This document shows positions 19,591-28,300 of a DNA stretch of 64,000 bases, piece by piece. Every line of letters starts with the position of its first letter. Position 1 is the stretch's first letter. The position numbers and the translations under genes are program-made. The stretch lies in assembly GCA_965116555.1 (NCBI GenBank), contig OZ220698.1, positions 1,240,709 to 1,304,708 of the forward strand. Direction: 5' to 3'. Under the pieces are notes generated by a model. It worked only from the letters and a program-made list of their open reading frames with translations. It was not told where the DNA came from and made no database searches. The stretch comes from Dehalococcoidia bacterium (GTDB lineage Bacteria; Chloroflexota; Dehalococcoidia; Lucifugimonadales; QGNO01).

Positions 19591-21753
19591 ATGGCGCTCG
19601 AAGCAAGTGAAGCTTTCCTAGAACCCCGGTGCTCAAGTCAGCCCCGAGTTAGCATTCAAGCCCTCTGGAAGGTCTTTGGCTCGGACGAAGGCCCTGATGT
19701 TCTCGAAAAGATCGCCGGACTGTCTAGGGCTGAAGCTCAGGCCACCTACAACTGCGTTGTTGCTCTCCAAGACGTCAACTTCGAGGTGTATGACGGGGAG
19801 ACGTTTGTCGTCATGGGCCTCTCCGGGAGCGGGAAGTCCACTCTGGTTCGCTGCATCAACCGGCTCATCAGACCCACCACGGGTTCCGTCTTGGTGGACG
19901 GCGATGACGTCTTGGGATACGACGACGAGGAGTTGACGGCGTTTCGCCGGACTAAGACCTCAATGGTCTTCCAGCAGTTCGGCCTCCTTCCCCACCGCAG
20001 CGTTCTGGAAAACACCGCGTGGGGCCTTGAAATTCAGAACGTTTCCCTGGAGGAACGGTCGGAACGCGCCCAAGAGGTCCTTGAGCTTGTCGGGCTTGGG
20101 GAGTGGGGAGAGTATCGCCCCTCGGCGCTGTCCGGCGGCATGCAGCAGCGCGTTGGCCTGGCTAGAGCATTAGCCAGCGACCCGGAGATCCTGCTTATGG
20201 ATGAGCCATTCAGCGCTCTTGACCCTCTCATACGCCGGGACATGCAGGACGAACTCATACGGCTTCAGGAGCAGATGCAGAAGACCACTATCTTCATCAC
20301 CCACGACCTGTCGGAAGCCGTACGGCTAGGAAGCCGCATAGCCATCATGCGCGATGGGGCTATCATCCAGCTGGGGACTCCTGAGGAGATCGTAGCTGAG
20401 CCGGTGGATGAGTACGTGGCAGACTTCACAAGGGACGTTCGCCCGTCCACCGTCGTAACGGTGGGCTACATCATGGACCGCCACGGCACCAAGCAGCAGC
20501 CGGCAGAGATAAACAGACCCAACGCTAATGTGGCTTCTGGGCAAACGGTGGATGAGGCGCTCTCCCAGCGATGGTCCACCCCTGGACAGCTCACGGTGAT
20601 GGATGAATCCGGCGCCCTGGTAGGCGTCATAGACCGGGACGCCCTGCTCCAGGCAGCCTTTGAGCAGCCCGATTTCTCCAGTGACAGTAACGGATCGGCT
20701 GCGGCTCCGGCCGAGGTCTCCCTCACCAAAGCCGGAGGAGCAGCGACGTCCCTGAAAATAGATGAACCGCCCGTAGACCAATCTAAGCGCATAAGCGCCA
20801 GCTTTGGATGGCTGGTCTATACACCCGTCTTGCTGGGTATTCTTGCAATGGTTGTTTGCACAGCCGTTGTGACCATCATTTGGGGGCAAAGAGTCTCCTT
20901 CCCAGTGAATTGGGGGCCGGATATCGCAACATGGGTTAACGATTTTCTTCGCTGGTTGACCCGCACCGGAGCTCCGGTGTTTGACAACGCTTCGGACGCA
21001 GTTCTATCGTTCCTGGTGTTCTTGGAAAACACTCTGCGATGGTTCCCCTGGCCTACAGTGGTGTTGGGCATAGCGCTGCTTTCTTGGCGAACCGTGAGTT
21101 GGAAGTTTGGGCTGTTCGCCGTGGGAACATTGGTGGCGATGGGCTTAGTTGGCCTCTGGGAGAGCGCCCTGGAAACGATTGCCTTGATCGTCGTGGCGGC
21201 GGCCTTCTCAGTAGTCATAGCCATCCCGCTGGGTATTCTAGCGGCCCGCAACAACACCGTGGACTCCGCCGTACGGCCCATCCTGGACGCCATGCAGACC
21301 ATGCCGCCCTTCGTCTACCTTGTGCCCGGCATCATGCTGTTTGGCATCGGCAACGTGCCGGGCATTTTCGCCACAGTGATCTACGCCGTGCCCCCTGCCA
21401 TCAGGTTGACCAACCTGGGCATCCGACAGGTGACGCCCCAGGTGGTGGAGGCCGCTCAGTCCTTTGGGACTACCCGACGGCAACTCTTGCAGAAGGTCCA
21501 GTTGCCCATGGCCATCCCCACAATAATGGCGGGCATAAACCAGACTATAATGATGGCCTTGGGCATGGTGGTGGTGGCGTCGCTGGTGGGCGCCGGTGGA
21601 TTGGGTGAGGACGTGCTCCGTGCGCTAGGCCGGTTCCGACCTGGGGAAGCGTTGCTAGCGGGTCTAGCCATAGTGGCGCTGGCAATCATCCTGGATCGCA
21701 TTACCCAAGCCTGGGCGCGGAACCGTCAGGCCTCGCTGGGCAAAAGGGATTAG
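19591..21753 (+). CDS. fused glycine-betaine/proline-type ABC transporter: ATPase (ProV/OpuAA-like), CBS-like region and permease (ProW/OpuAB-like) in one polypeptide
   Basis: Continuous 720-aa ORF. ATPase motifs: Walker A GLSGSGKST, signature LSGGMQQR, Walker B ILLMDEPFSALD and ITHD. A CBS-like segment and a Ser/Ala-rich linker follow, then a multi-TM domain with the EAA loop EAAQSFGTTRRQLLQKVQLPMA. The exact start is uncertain. Confidence 0.8.
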   Translation: MALEASEAFLEPRCSSQPRVSIQALWKVFGSDEGPDVLEKIAGLSRAEAQATYNCVVALQDVNFEVYDGETFVVMGLSGSGKSTLVRCINRLIRPTTGSVLVDGDDVLGYDDEELTAFRRTKTSMVFQQFGLLPHRSVLENTAWGLEIQNVSLEERSERAQEVLELVGLGEWGEYRPSALSGGMQQRVGLARALASDPEILLMDEPFSALDPLIRRDMQDELIRLQEQMQKTTIFITHDLSEAVRLGSRIAIMRDGAIIQLGTPEEIVAEPVDEYVADFTRDVRPSTVVTVGYIMDRHGTKQQPAEINRPNANVASGQTVDEALSQRWSTPGQLTVMDESGALVGVIDRDALLQAAFEQPDFSSDSNGSAAAPAEVSLTKAGGAATSLKIDEPPVDQSKRISASFGWLVYTPVLLGILAMVVCTAVVTIIWGQRVSFPVNWGPDIATWVNDFLRWLTRTGAPVFDNASDAVLSFLVFLENTLRWFPWPTVVLGIALLSWRTVSWKFGLFAVGTLVAMGLVGLWESALETIALIVVAAAFSVVIAIPLGILAARNNTVDSAVRPILDAMQTMPPFVYLVPGIMLFGIGNVPGIFATVIYAVPPAIRLTNLGIRQVTPQVVEAAQSFGTTRRQLLQKVQLPMAIPTIMAGINQTIMMALGMVVVASLVGAGGLGEDVLRALGRFRPGEALLAGLAIVALAIILDRITQAWARNRQASLGKRD

Positions 21754-21803
21754 CATGACAGAAAGCAAACGCAAGAAGACCAAGATATAAGGAGGATTAC
21801 GTT

Positions 21804-22799
21804 ATGAAAGTTAAGACTTGGAAGTTGGGGCTTGGGCTGCTTAGCCTAATGGTAGTATTCATGTTTGCAGCAGGGGCTTGTGCCGCAGAAGAGGAGAAAC
21901 CCACCGTTATCTTCTCTGACCTCAACTGGGACAGCGCCCAACTGCAAAACGCCATTGCGGCAAGGATCGTAGAGGCGGGGTACGGCTACCCGACCGACAA
22001 AGTGTTTGGCGGCACCGTGCCGCTGATGGAGGCTCTCACCAGAGGAGACACCAACGTCACCATGGAGATCTGGCTGCCAAACCAGCAGGAGGCCTATGAC
22101 ACGGCCATCGCAGAGGGCACCATTAAGCCAATAGGAAAGAGCTTGGAGGATAACTGGCAGAGCGCCTTCATCATTCCCCAATACGTGGCGGATGCCAACC
22201 CCGGCCTGCAAAGCGTCCAAGACCTGCGGGACCATATGGATCTCTTTGTGACTCCAGATTCCAACGATAAAGCTCGGCTGCTGAACTGTCCTCCAGGTTG
22301 GGAGTGCGAGATCACCAACACGAAGCAAGTAACGGCTTACGGCCTAGACGACGTGGTTGAATTAATCAACCCAGGATCGGGCGAGGCTCTGGAGGCCGAG
22401 ATCCGGGGCGCCTATGAGAGACAGGAGCCTGTGCTCTTCTACTATTGGGGCCCCACTACCCTGAGCAACGACCTGAACACCGATTACGGCGGCTACAAGC
22501 TTCTGGAAGAGCCTCCGTACACCCCAGATTGCTGGGAGGCTCGGGACTGCGGCTACCCGTTAGCGGAAGTGCTCATCGTCCTGCGGCAAGACCTGATCGA
22601 CCAGGCGCCGGACCTGGTTGCCATGTTCGAGAAGTGGGACTTCAACGCTGCCAACCAGTTGGAGGCGGAGGGGTACCTCAGCGATCTGGATGGGGACTAT
22701 GGCGCAGCAGCAGACCGGTTCCTGAGTAACAACTCGGCCTGGAAGAACTGGGTGACCGCGGATGCCGCAGAAAAGGTTGAAGAAGCCCTCTCCTCCTAA
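21804..22799 (+). CDS. glycine-betaine-type ABC substrate-binding protein (ProX/OpuAC-like)
   Basis: 331 aa. AAGGAGG RBS. The signal peptide ends FAAGACAAEEE. Lies immediately downstream of the fused transporter gene. Confidence 0.75.
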   Translation: MKVKTWKLGLGLLSLMVVFMFAAGACAAEEEKPTVIFSDLNWDSAQLQNAIAARIVEAGYGYPTDKVFGGTVPLMEALTRGDTNVTMEIWLPNQQEAYDTAIAEGTIKPIGKSLEDNWQSAFIIPQYVADANPGLQSVQDLRDHMDLFVTPDSNDKARLLNCPPGWECEITNTKQVTAYGLDDVVELINPGSGEALEAEIRGAYERQEPVLFYYWGPTTLSNDLNTDYGGYKLLEEPPYTPDCWEARDCGYPLAEVLIVLRQDLIDQAPDLVAMFEKWDFNAANQLEAEGYLSDLDGDYGAAADRFLSNNSAWKNWVTADAAEKVEEALSS

Positions 22800-22824
22800 A
22801 GCGCCGCTCAATCGCTAATGCTAA

Positions 22825-22865
22825 CTAGCCCCACCTTGCAGACACAAGGCGGGGCTAGTTGTCTT
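22825..22865 (+). terminator. rho-independent terminator after the proX-like gene
   Basis: Stem CTAGCCCCaCCTTG / CAAGGcGGGGCTAG (22825-22858), followed by TTGTCTT. Confidence 0.6.
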
Positions 22866-22870
22866 GAGAG

Positions 22871-23932
22871 ATGCGTATGAGATTGCATCGCCCGCAGTTG
22901 CCGGCCGGTAGAGTGGTCGTCTGGGCCAGGATGGGACTGATAGTTGCACTGACCATGGTCATCGCCGCCACAGTAGTGACCTGCGCCCCCCATAGCGCCT
23001 CTCCAGTCCCCCCCAGCGTCATAGACGGGCTGGCGTCGCCACGGGGTCTGACTCCCCAGGACGATGGTCGGCTGCTCATCGCGGAAGTGGGCGGGGGCCG
23101 GATCTTGGCATTGGACCGCCAGCACCGGCTCTCGGTACTGCATGAAGACCTGCCACGACTGAAGAACGGGCCAGAGGGCGCGCCCGCCGGGGTCTCCGCC
23201 GCAGTCCAGATGGGCGCGGCCACGTACTACGTAGTGGGAGAGGCCCGGGCAAAGGAGTTCCGCGAGGTCTACGAGATTACACCGGGAGCCCATCCCGTGG
23301 GTCTGACCGGCCAGGACCCTATAGGCCTTAACCCCCCAAAACCTATCGTCAACCCCTATGACCTGCTGGTTGCGTCTACTCACGGACTGCTGGTCAGCGA
23401 CGCTGGCGCCAACGTGGTCTGGCGCGTTAGCCTGGACGGTGACATCCATCTTTACGCCCGGCTGGAACCCCAAAGCCACCTCATGTCAGAGGGCATGGTG
23501 CAAGTGGAAGCGGTGCCTACTGGAATGACGTCGGGCCCCGATGGCGCAACCTACGTTGCAACCCTGACTGGATTCCCTTTCCCCTCCGGCGGCGCGCGGG
23601 TCTTGCGGTTGCATGATGACAACGGCGACGGCGATGCCCTGGACCCTGGCGAATCCACCGTCTATGCCTCCGGGTTCACCACCGCAACGGACGTGGCCTT
23701 TGAGACGGACGGAGCCATGCTGGTCACCGAGTACAGCGAGGACATGAACGCCCTAGCCGGTGTTGGCTATAAGGAGTCCAGCCTGTTTCCCGGAAGGCTG
23801 GTCCGTTGGCGGGACGGCGCCATCACGGTAGTGGCCAGCGACCTGGTCTCTCCAACGGCCGTGGCCGTAGTTGACGGTCGTATCTACGTGAGCGAGGAGT
23901 TCGCCGGAAGGGTGCGGGTCATCGAACCGTAG
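22871..23932 (+). CDS. ScyD/ScyE-family beta-propeller protein (secreted or membrane-anchored)
   Basis: 353 aa with an N-terminal hydrophobic anchor. Motifs GLASPRGL, NPYDLLV, VSDAGANVVWRV and LTGFPFPSGGARV resemble the ScyD/ScyE family. Confidence 0.5.
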   Translation: MRMRLHRPQLPAGRVVVWARMGLIVALTMVIAATVVTCAPHSASPVPPSVIDGLASPRGLTPQDDGRLLIAEVGGGRILALDRQHRLSVLHEDLPRLKNGPEGAPAGVSAAVQMGAATYYVVGEARAKEFREVYEITPGAHPVGLTGQDPIGLNPPKPIVNPYDLLVASTHGLLVSDAGANVVWRVSLDGDIHLYARLEPQSHLMSEGMVQVEAVPTGMTSGPDGATYVATLTGFPFPSGGARVLRLHDDNGDGDALDPGESTVYASGFTTATDVAFETDGAMLVTEYSEDMNALAGVGYKESSLFPGRLVRWRDGAITVVASDLVSPTAVAVVDGRIYVSEEFAGRVRVIEP

Positions 23933-23997
23933 CGCCGTGGCTCAGCAACCATGACCAAGGCCTGCGCATCCAAGACCTCGGCAATCGGGTGCTGACT

Positions 23998-24345
23998 CTA
24001 CGTCTGGCTCTCGACAGCGGCCAAGGCTGCGGCAACATCCGCATGATTCGGGATGATCTGGTTGAACCCTATTATCTCTAAGACCTGCTGTATGTATGGT
24101 CTAAGGGCGCAAACGTGGAGGGTGCGGCCCTCCTTCTTGAGGTCCTGCCAGATGTGCAAAAGTACGCGTAGACCCGCTGTACTCATATAGGCTACGTCCG
24201 ATGCGTCTATGATGACATCACGGTCAGCGCCCCTCACGGCGCGCCTAGCCTCTACCTCAAACACGTTGGCGCTAAAAAAGTCAATGCGGCCCCTAGCCTG
24301 CAACAACAGGACTTGCCCCTCGGACGAGACAATATCGAGCATCAT
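23998..24345 (-). CDS. STAS-domain protein (anti-sigma-factor antagonist, SpoIIAA-like)
   Basis: ORF to 24378. The likely start is ATGATG at 24340-24345, giving MMLDIVSSEG... The motif DASDVAYMSTAGLRVLL is typical of STAS. No partner kinase or phosphatase gene lies nearby. Confidence 0.7.
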   Translation of the reverse strand: MMLDIVSSEGQVLLLQARGRIDFFSANVFEVEARRAVRGADRDVIIDASDVAYMSTAGLRVLLHIWQDLKKEGRTLHVCALRPYIQQVLEIIGFNQIIPNHADVAAALAAVESQT

Positions 24346-24484
24346 GGTGGCTATTCTAGGGTAAAGGCACGTATACAAGTCAAGGTGCTATCGGAACCTT
24401 TCTGCAGTGGCTTGACTGGCGTAATCCCAGAGTGTACTTTAGCCCACGCAGGCATACTCGGCTATTGCTTCATCCGTAGACCAA

Positions 24485-25123
24485 ATGACACTATACTGGC
24501 AGCCTGGGGACCAAATAGTGCTCCGCGAGATCTGGCGCGGGCAAGTCAAGTCTGGAAGACCGTACACCGTAGTTGAGGACACTCCTGAGCGGCTGGTCTT
24601 ATACGCCAGGTCAGGCGTGCGTTGGGTCAAGTCCCTTAGTCCTGATGGCTCCCCTCTCGTAAGGGGCGAACCTTCGATACTCCACGAGGAAGTGGAGCAC
24701 CGCGAGGCTTTGCGCATCATCACTCCCGGTTCTCGCCACAGCGTCTTGCTTTTCTGGACGGCTACGTTCAGTGAGTTCTTACAGTGGTATGTGAACCTTG
24801 AAGACCCGCTGGTGCGTACGTCCATGGGCTTCGATTACCTTGACCAGATGCTGGACATCGAGGTGACGCCAGACCTCTCTCAATGGACGTTGAAAGACGA
24901 GGACGAGTTTGAAGACGCGATCACCCGTGGCATACTGACTCTTGAGGAGGCCGAGGTCATCAGGGCTGAAGGAGAACAGGTCATAGCGGCGATAGACGCG
25001 AGACGACCCCCCTTCAACGAGCCATGGGGACAATGGCGGCCTGACCTGCAGTGGCCGACTCCCAGTCTACCTCAAGGCTGGACTGACCTATGCAAGTATC
25101 CTCCCTACGGAAGCCGTTCTTGA
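24485..25123 (+). CDS. DUF402-family protein (FomD/Ntdp-like nucleoside di/triphosphatase fold)
   Basis: 212 aa. WYVNLEDP and FDYLDQMLDIEV match the DUF402 pattern. Confidence 0.6.
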   Translation: MTLYWQPGDQIVLREIWRGQVKSGRPYTVVEDTPERLVLYARSGVRWVKSLSPDGSPLVRGEPSILHEEVEHREALRIITPGSRHSVLLFWTATFSEFLQWYVNLEDPLVRTSMGFDYLDQMLDIEVTPDLSQWTLKDEDEFEDAITRGILTLEEAEVIRAEGEQVIAAIDARRPPFNEPWGQWRPDLQWPTPSLPQGWTDLCKYPPYGSRS

Positions 25124-26709
25124 TCAATCGTCTCGATTTGGTGGATTTGCCAGACTCCTGTGCTTCCTACTCCTCAGCCGACGGGCATTCCGACTCTGCA
25201 CTCACGGCGGTCATAGACGTTGGCTCCGGCTCGGCTCGCGCCGTGGTCATGCAGCTAACCTCGGGAGGAGTGGAGATTCTGGCTCAGCAGCGTCTGGCCC
25301 TTAACCTAATGAGTCACGTGAGCCAGCAGGGCGCTTTGGACGCCGAGGGCGTGACCAGCACCTTGGACGCCATTGAGGACTTTGTCCAAGTGTGCCGCAG
25401 CTACGGCGTCGCCACACTTCACGCCGTGGGCACGGAGGCTCTACGAGAGTCCCAGAACCGCGCTGAGATTACCCGGGAGGCCAAACAAAGATACGGCGTA
25501 GACCTCCGCATCATAAGCGGCTATGAAGAGGCAGGGTACTGCTTTATCGGCGCCGTGCACGGCCTGCCCGTATACCAAGGCCTGTTGGCAGATCTTGGCG
25601 GGGGGAGCATGGAAGTGGTGGGCTTTGCCGACCGGCGCATGGAGACGCGGGACACCCTGCCCCTGGGCAGCCTGCGCATTGCCAACAGCTTCCGGTTGAC
25701 GGACCGCCCCACCACTGAAGACATAGCCGCAGCTTTCCAATACGTCCGGCAATGCCTGTACAAAGCCAAGGTTCCCTACCTGGGACCTAAAGATACCCTT
25801 GTAGGATCCGGCGGTTCAATGCGCCTTCTGTCCAAGCTGGACCGACGACGACGCGCCTACCCTATCCACACGATGCACGGTTACTGCATTGGCGCCAAGG
25901 GGCTGTCCAAGCTGGTGAACCTGCTGGCGTCCTGCGACCTAGAGGAACGTTCCCTAATCCCTGGCATGAACCCGGAACGCACTCACTCCATAGTGGGCGG
26001 CGCGGTAGTAGCCCAAGCACTGCTCCAGCACACTGGAGCTGAAAGCATCATGCTGTCGGGCCAGGGACTGCGCGAGGGTCTGGCGCGGCAGCGGGAGCCG
26101 CTGCCCGTGGACGGGCAGGTCTCGCTCATGTCCGTTGCCTCCGTGCGCCGCAACACAATGAAGGACGTGATGGGCCGGTTCGCGCCTCGGTTCACCCGCC
26201 ACGGACCACGCCGCGCCACATTGGCCGGCCGCATCGCCCATGCCGTATGGGGCGGGAAACGCAGGCGCCTGACATCGTCTCTGGAGTGCGCCGCCCTGCT
26301 ATTGGACGTGGGCAGCGCCGTGGACTTCTACAACCGTCTCAATCGGGCAGCCTCTATCCTGGCATGGACGGACCTGCCCGGCTTCAGCCACCGTGAGTCG
26401 GCCCAGATAGCGTCCATGCTTCTGCTGGCCGAGGGACGTAGGCTGCCCAAAAAGTACCGCAAAACCCGCATCCTGAGCGACAAGAACCGCCGTCGCCTGA
26501 GCCAAGCGTCCCTGGTGCTAGTGCTGGCCGACGAATTGGAACGGCGGCTACCTCCCCACGCGGACGCAGAATCTGTTAACATTGCCCTGGGCAACAGCGG
26601 CCTCACCATCACTACCCCCGCCTGGTCCAAGGCATCCGCGCATGACCTGCACAGCCGCTGGGAGATGGAGTTCAAACAACCCATCCTAATCTATAGAGGT
26701 GAGCAATGA
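25090..26709 (+). CDS. Ppx/GppA-family phosphatase (exopolyphosphatase / pppGpp phosphohydrolase type)
   Basis: 539-aa ORF. ASKHA-fold motifs VIDVGSGSARAVV and DLGGGSMEV, plus a C-terminal helical (HD-like) region. The start is uncertain (ATG at 25090 overlaps the DUF402 gene; GTG at 25141 is an alternative). Confidence 0.8.
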   Translation: MQVSSLRKPFLINRLDLVDLPDSCASYSSADGHSDSALTAVIDVGSGSARAVVMQLTSGGVEILAQQRLALNLMSHVSQQGALDAEGVTSTLDAIEDFVQVCRSYGVATLHAVGTEALRESQNRAEITREAKQRYGVDLRIISGYEEAGYCFIGAVHGLPVYQGLLADLGGGSMEVVGFADRRMETRDTLPLGSLRIANSFRLTDRPTTEDIAAAFQYVRQCLYKAKVPYLGPKDTLVGSGGSMRLLSKLDRRRRAYPIHTMHGYCIGAKGLSKLVNLLASCDLEERSLIPGMNPERTHSIVGGAVVAQALLQHTGAESIMLSGQGLREGLARQREPLPVDGQVSLMSVASVRRNTMKDVMGRFAPRFTRHGPRRATLAGRIAHAVWGGKRRRLTSSLECAALLLDVGSAVDFYNRLNRAASILAWTDLPGFSHRESAQIASMLLLAEGRRLPKKYRKTRILSDKNRRRLSQASLVLVLADELERRLPPHADAESVNIALGNSGLTITTPAWSKASAHDLHSRWEMEFKQPILIYRGEQ

Positions 26710-27527
26710 ATAATCACAGCAACTCAACTGTTCCCATGGGCCCCCGATACGGCAGCCACCCCTACGATGGCGTGCTTCCCGGTCGGCTCATTATCGTGGA
26801 GGGCATTGACGGCTCCGGCAAGAGCACGCAGATAGACCTTCTAGGCAAGTGGCTAACAAGTATGGGCTACGTCACGGTCTTTACGGAATGGAATTCCTCA
26901 CGCATAGTCAAGCGCACCACCAAGCAGGGTAAGGACCGGCGGCTGCTTACGCCTATGTCCTTCAGCCTCATCCACGCCGCCGACTTCGCCAACCGCGTCT
27001 TCACGCAGATACTGCCGGCTCTCAAAGCCGGAACCATAGTCCTAGCGGACCGATACGTCTACACTGCCTTTGCCCGTGACAGCGCCCGCGGGGTCAACAA
27101 AGACTGGCTGCGGCGCGTCTACTCCTTCGCCATCCGGCCCTCCCTGGCCCTATACTTCAAGGTGCCTCTAGCGGAGTCCATTCGACGCATTGTCACAGGA
27201 CGATCAGAGCTGGGCTACTACGAGTCCGGGCAGGATGTGAAGCCGAACTCCAGCCGGAAGAAAGCCTTCCGGCAGTTCCAGGGCGCCATTCTTGAGGAGT
27301 ACGACAACCTTGCCAATGAGTTCGGATTGGTGACCGTCGACGCTACCCAGCCTGTTCACACTCAGCAGCAGATGGTGCGGGAGTTAGTGGAACCCCTGCT
27401 GGCAGGCGTGATGCAGATGCCCGGACACAGCGTAACCGATGCTCTGGTCAGCACCGGACTTACCGGACGGTACATCCACCCGTCCGGCTCGCGGAGGGTC
27501 CCGGAGCTCGCCACTATTGATGGCTAG
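26706..27527 (+). CDS. thymidylate-kinase-like P-loop kinase, paralogue 1
   Basis: 273 aa. P-loop VEGIDGSGKSTQ, DRY-type motif VLADRYVYTAF and lid-region motif GYYESGQD. Its start overlaps the Ppx stop (ATGA). Confidence 0.7.
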   Translation: MNNHSNSTVPMGPRYGSHPYDGVLPGRLIIVEGIDGSGKSTQIDLLGKWLTSMGYVTVFTEWNSSRIVKRTTKQGKDRRLLTPMSFSLIHAADFANRVFTQILPALKAGTIVLADRYVYTAFARDSARGVNKDWLRRVYSFAIRPSLALYFKVPLAESIRRIVTGRSELGYYESGQDVKPNSSRKKAFRQFQGAILEEYDNLANEFGLVTVDATQPVHTQQQMVRELVEPLLAGVMQMPGHSVTDALVSTGLTGRYIHPSGSRRVPELATIDG

Positions 27528-27557
27528 TCCCCCAGCACGCAATTAGGAGACGAACCT

Positions 27558-28259
27558 ATGAATACACCCAGATTCTACGGCCACACCCCCCTAGACCTGG
27601 GGAACACGGAGATGCCCGGACACCTCGTAGTCATCGAGGGAACCGACGGCGTTGGCCGCTCTACGCAGATAGCCCTCCTAAAGGAGTGGCTGGAAACGGA
27701 GGGCTACGCCGTGATGGAGACCGGGTTCCGCCGCTCCAAACTCACCGGCGACGGCATAGACCGGGCCATGCGAGGCCACACGCTTGACCACTTTACTCTC
27801 AACCTGTTCTATGCCACTGACTTTTGGGACCGCATGGAGAAAAGCATTGTACCCGCCCTGCAGGCGGGCATGGTGGTGCTGGCCGACCGCTACATCTACT
27901 CTATCATGGCGCGGGCGCGAGTCCGCGGCGTTCCGCCTCGCTGGCTTGACGATATGCTGGAGTTCGCCATCATCCCCCATCAGGTGTTCTACCTGGACAT
28001 AGACGTGGACGACCTCCTTCCTCGGGTGCTGGCATACCGGGAACTGGACCACTGGGAGTCGGGAGAAGACTTCCTACGGGAGACAGACCGACACGCCAGC
28101 TTCGTCGAATACCAAGGCGCACTGCTGAGGGAGTTCCGCAGCCTAGCCGAACAGTACGAGTTTCATACTGTAGACGCTCGCCCAAGCGTGCGGGAGGTCT
28201 TCGAGACGCTGCGACTGGGCATACGAGACACCATAGAGCGAGCTGAGATACTCCCCTAA
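27558..28259 (+). CDS. thymidylate-kinase-like protein, paralogue 2, with a degenerate Walker-A motif (Lys replaced by Arg)
   Basis: 233 aa. IEGTDGVGRSTQ (Arg at the Walker-A Lys position), VLADRYIYSIM and DHWESGED. GGAGA RBS. Confidence 0.65.
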   Translation: MNTPRFYGHTPLDLGNTEMPGHLVVIEGTDGVGRSTQIALLKEWLETEGYAVMETGFRRSKLTGDGIDRAMRGHTLDHFTLNLFYATDFWDRMEKSIVPALQAGMVVLADRYIYSIMARARVRGVPPRWLDDMLEFAIIPHQVFYLDIDVDDLLPRVLAYRELDHWESGEDFLRETDRHASFVEYQGALLREFRSLAEQYEFHTVDARPSVREVFETLRLGIRDTIERAEILP

Positions 28260-28300
28260 ACGACAACCGCTGAGCTAGTAAGCGGGTAAGACGCGCTGTG

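Noticed and set aside
22808-23479. 223-aa minus-strand ORF competing with the ScyD/ScyE-like gene.
   Set aside because: The plus-strand ORF is longer, has a signal anchor and recognisable beta-propeller family motifs. The minus-strand product has none.
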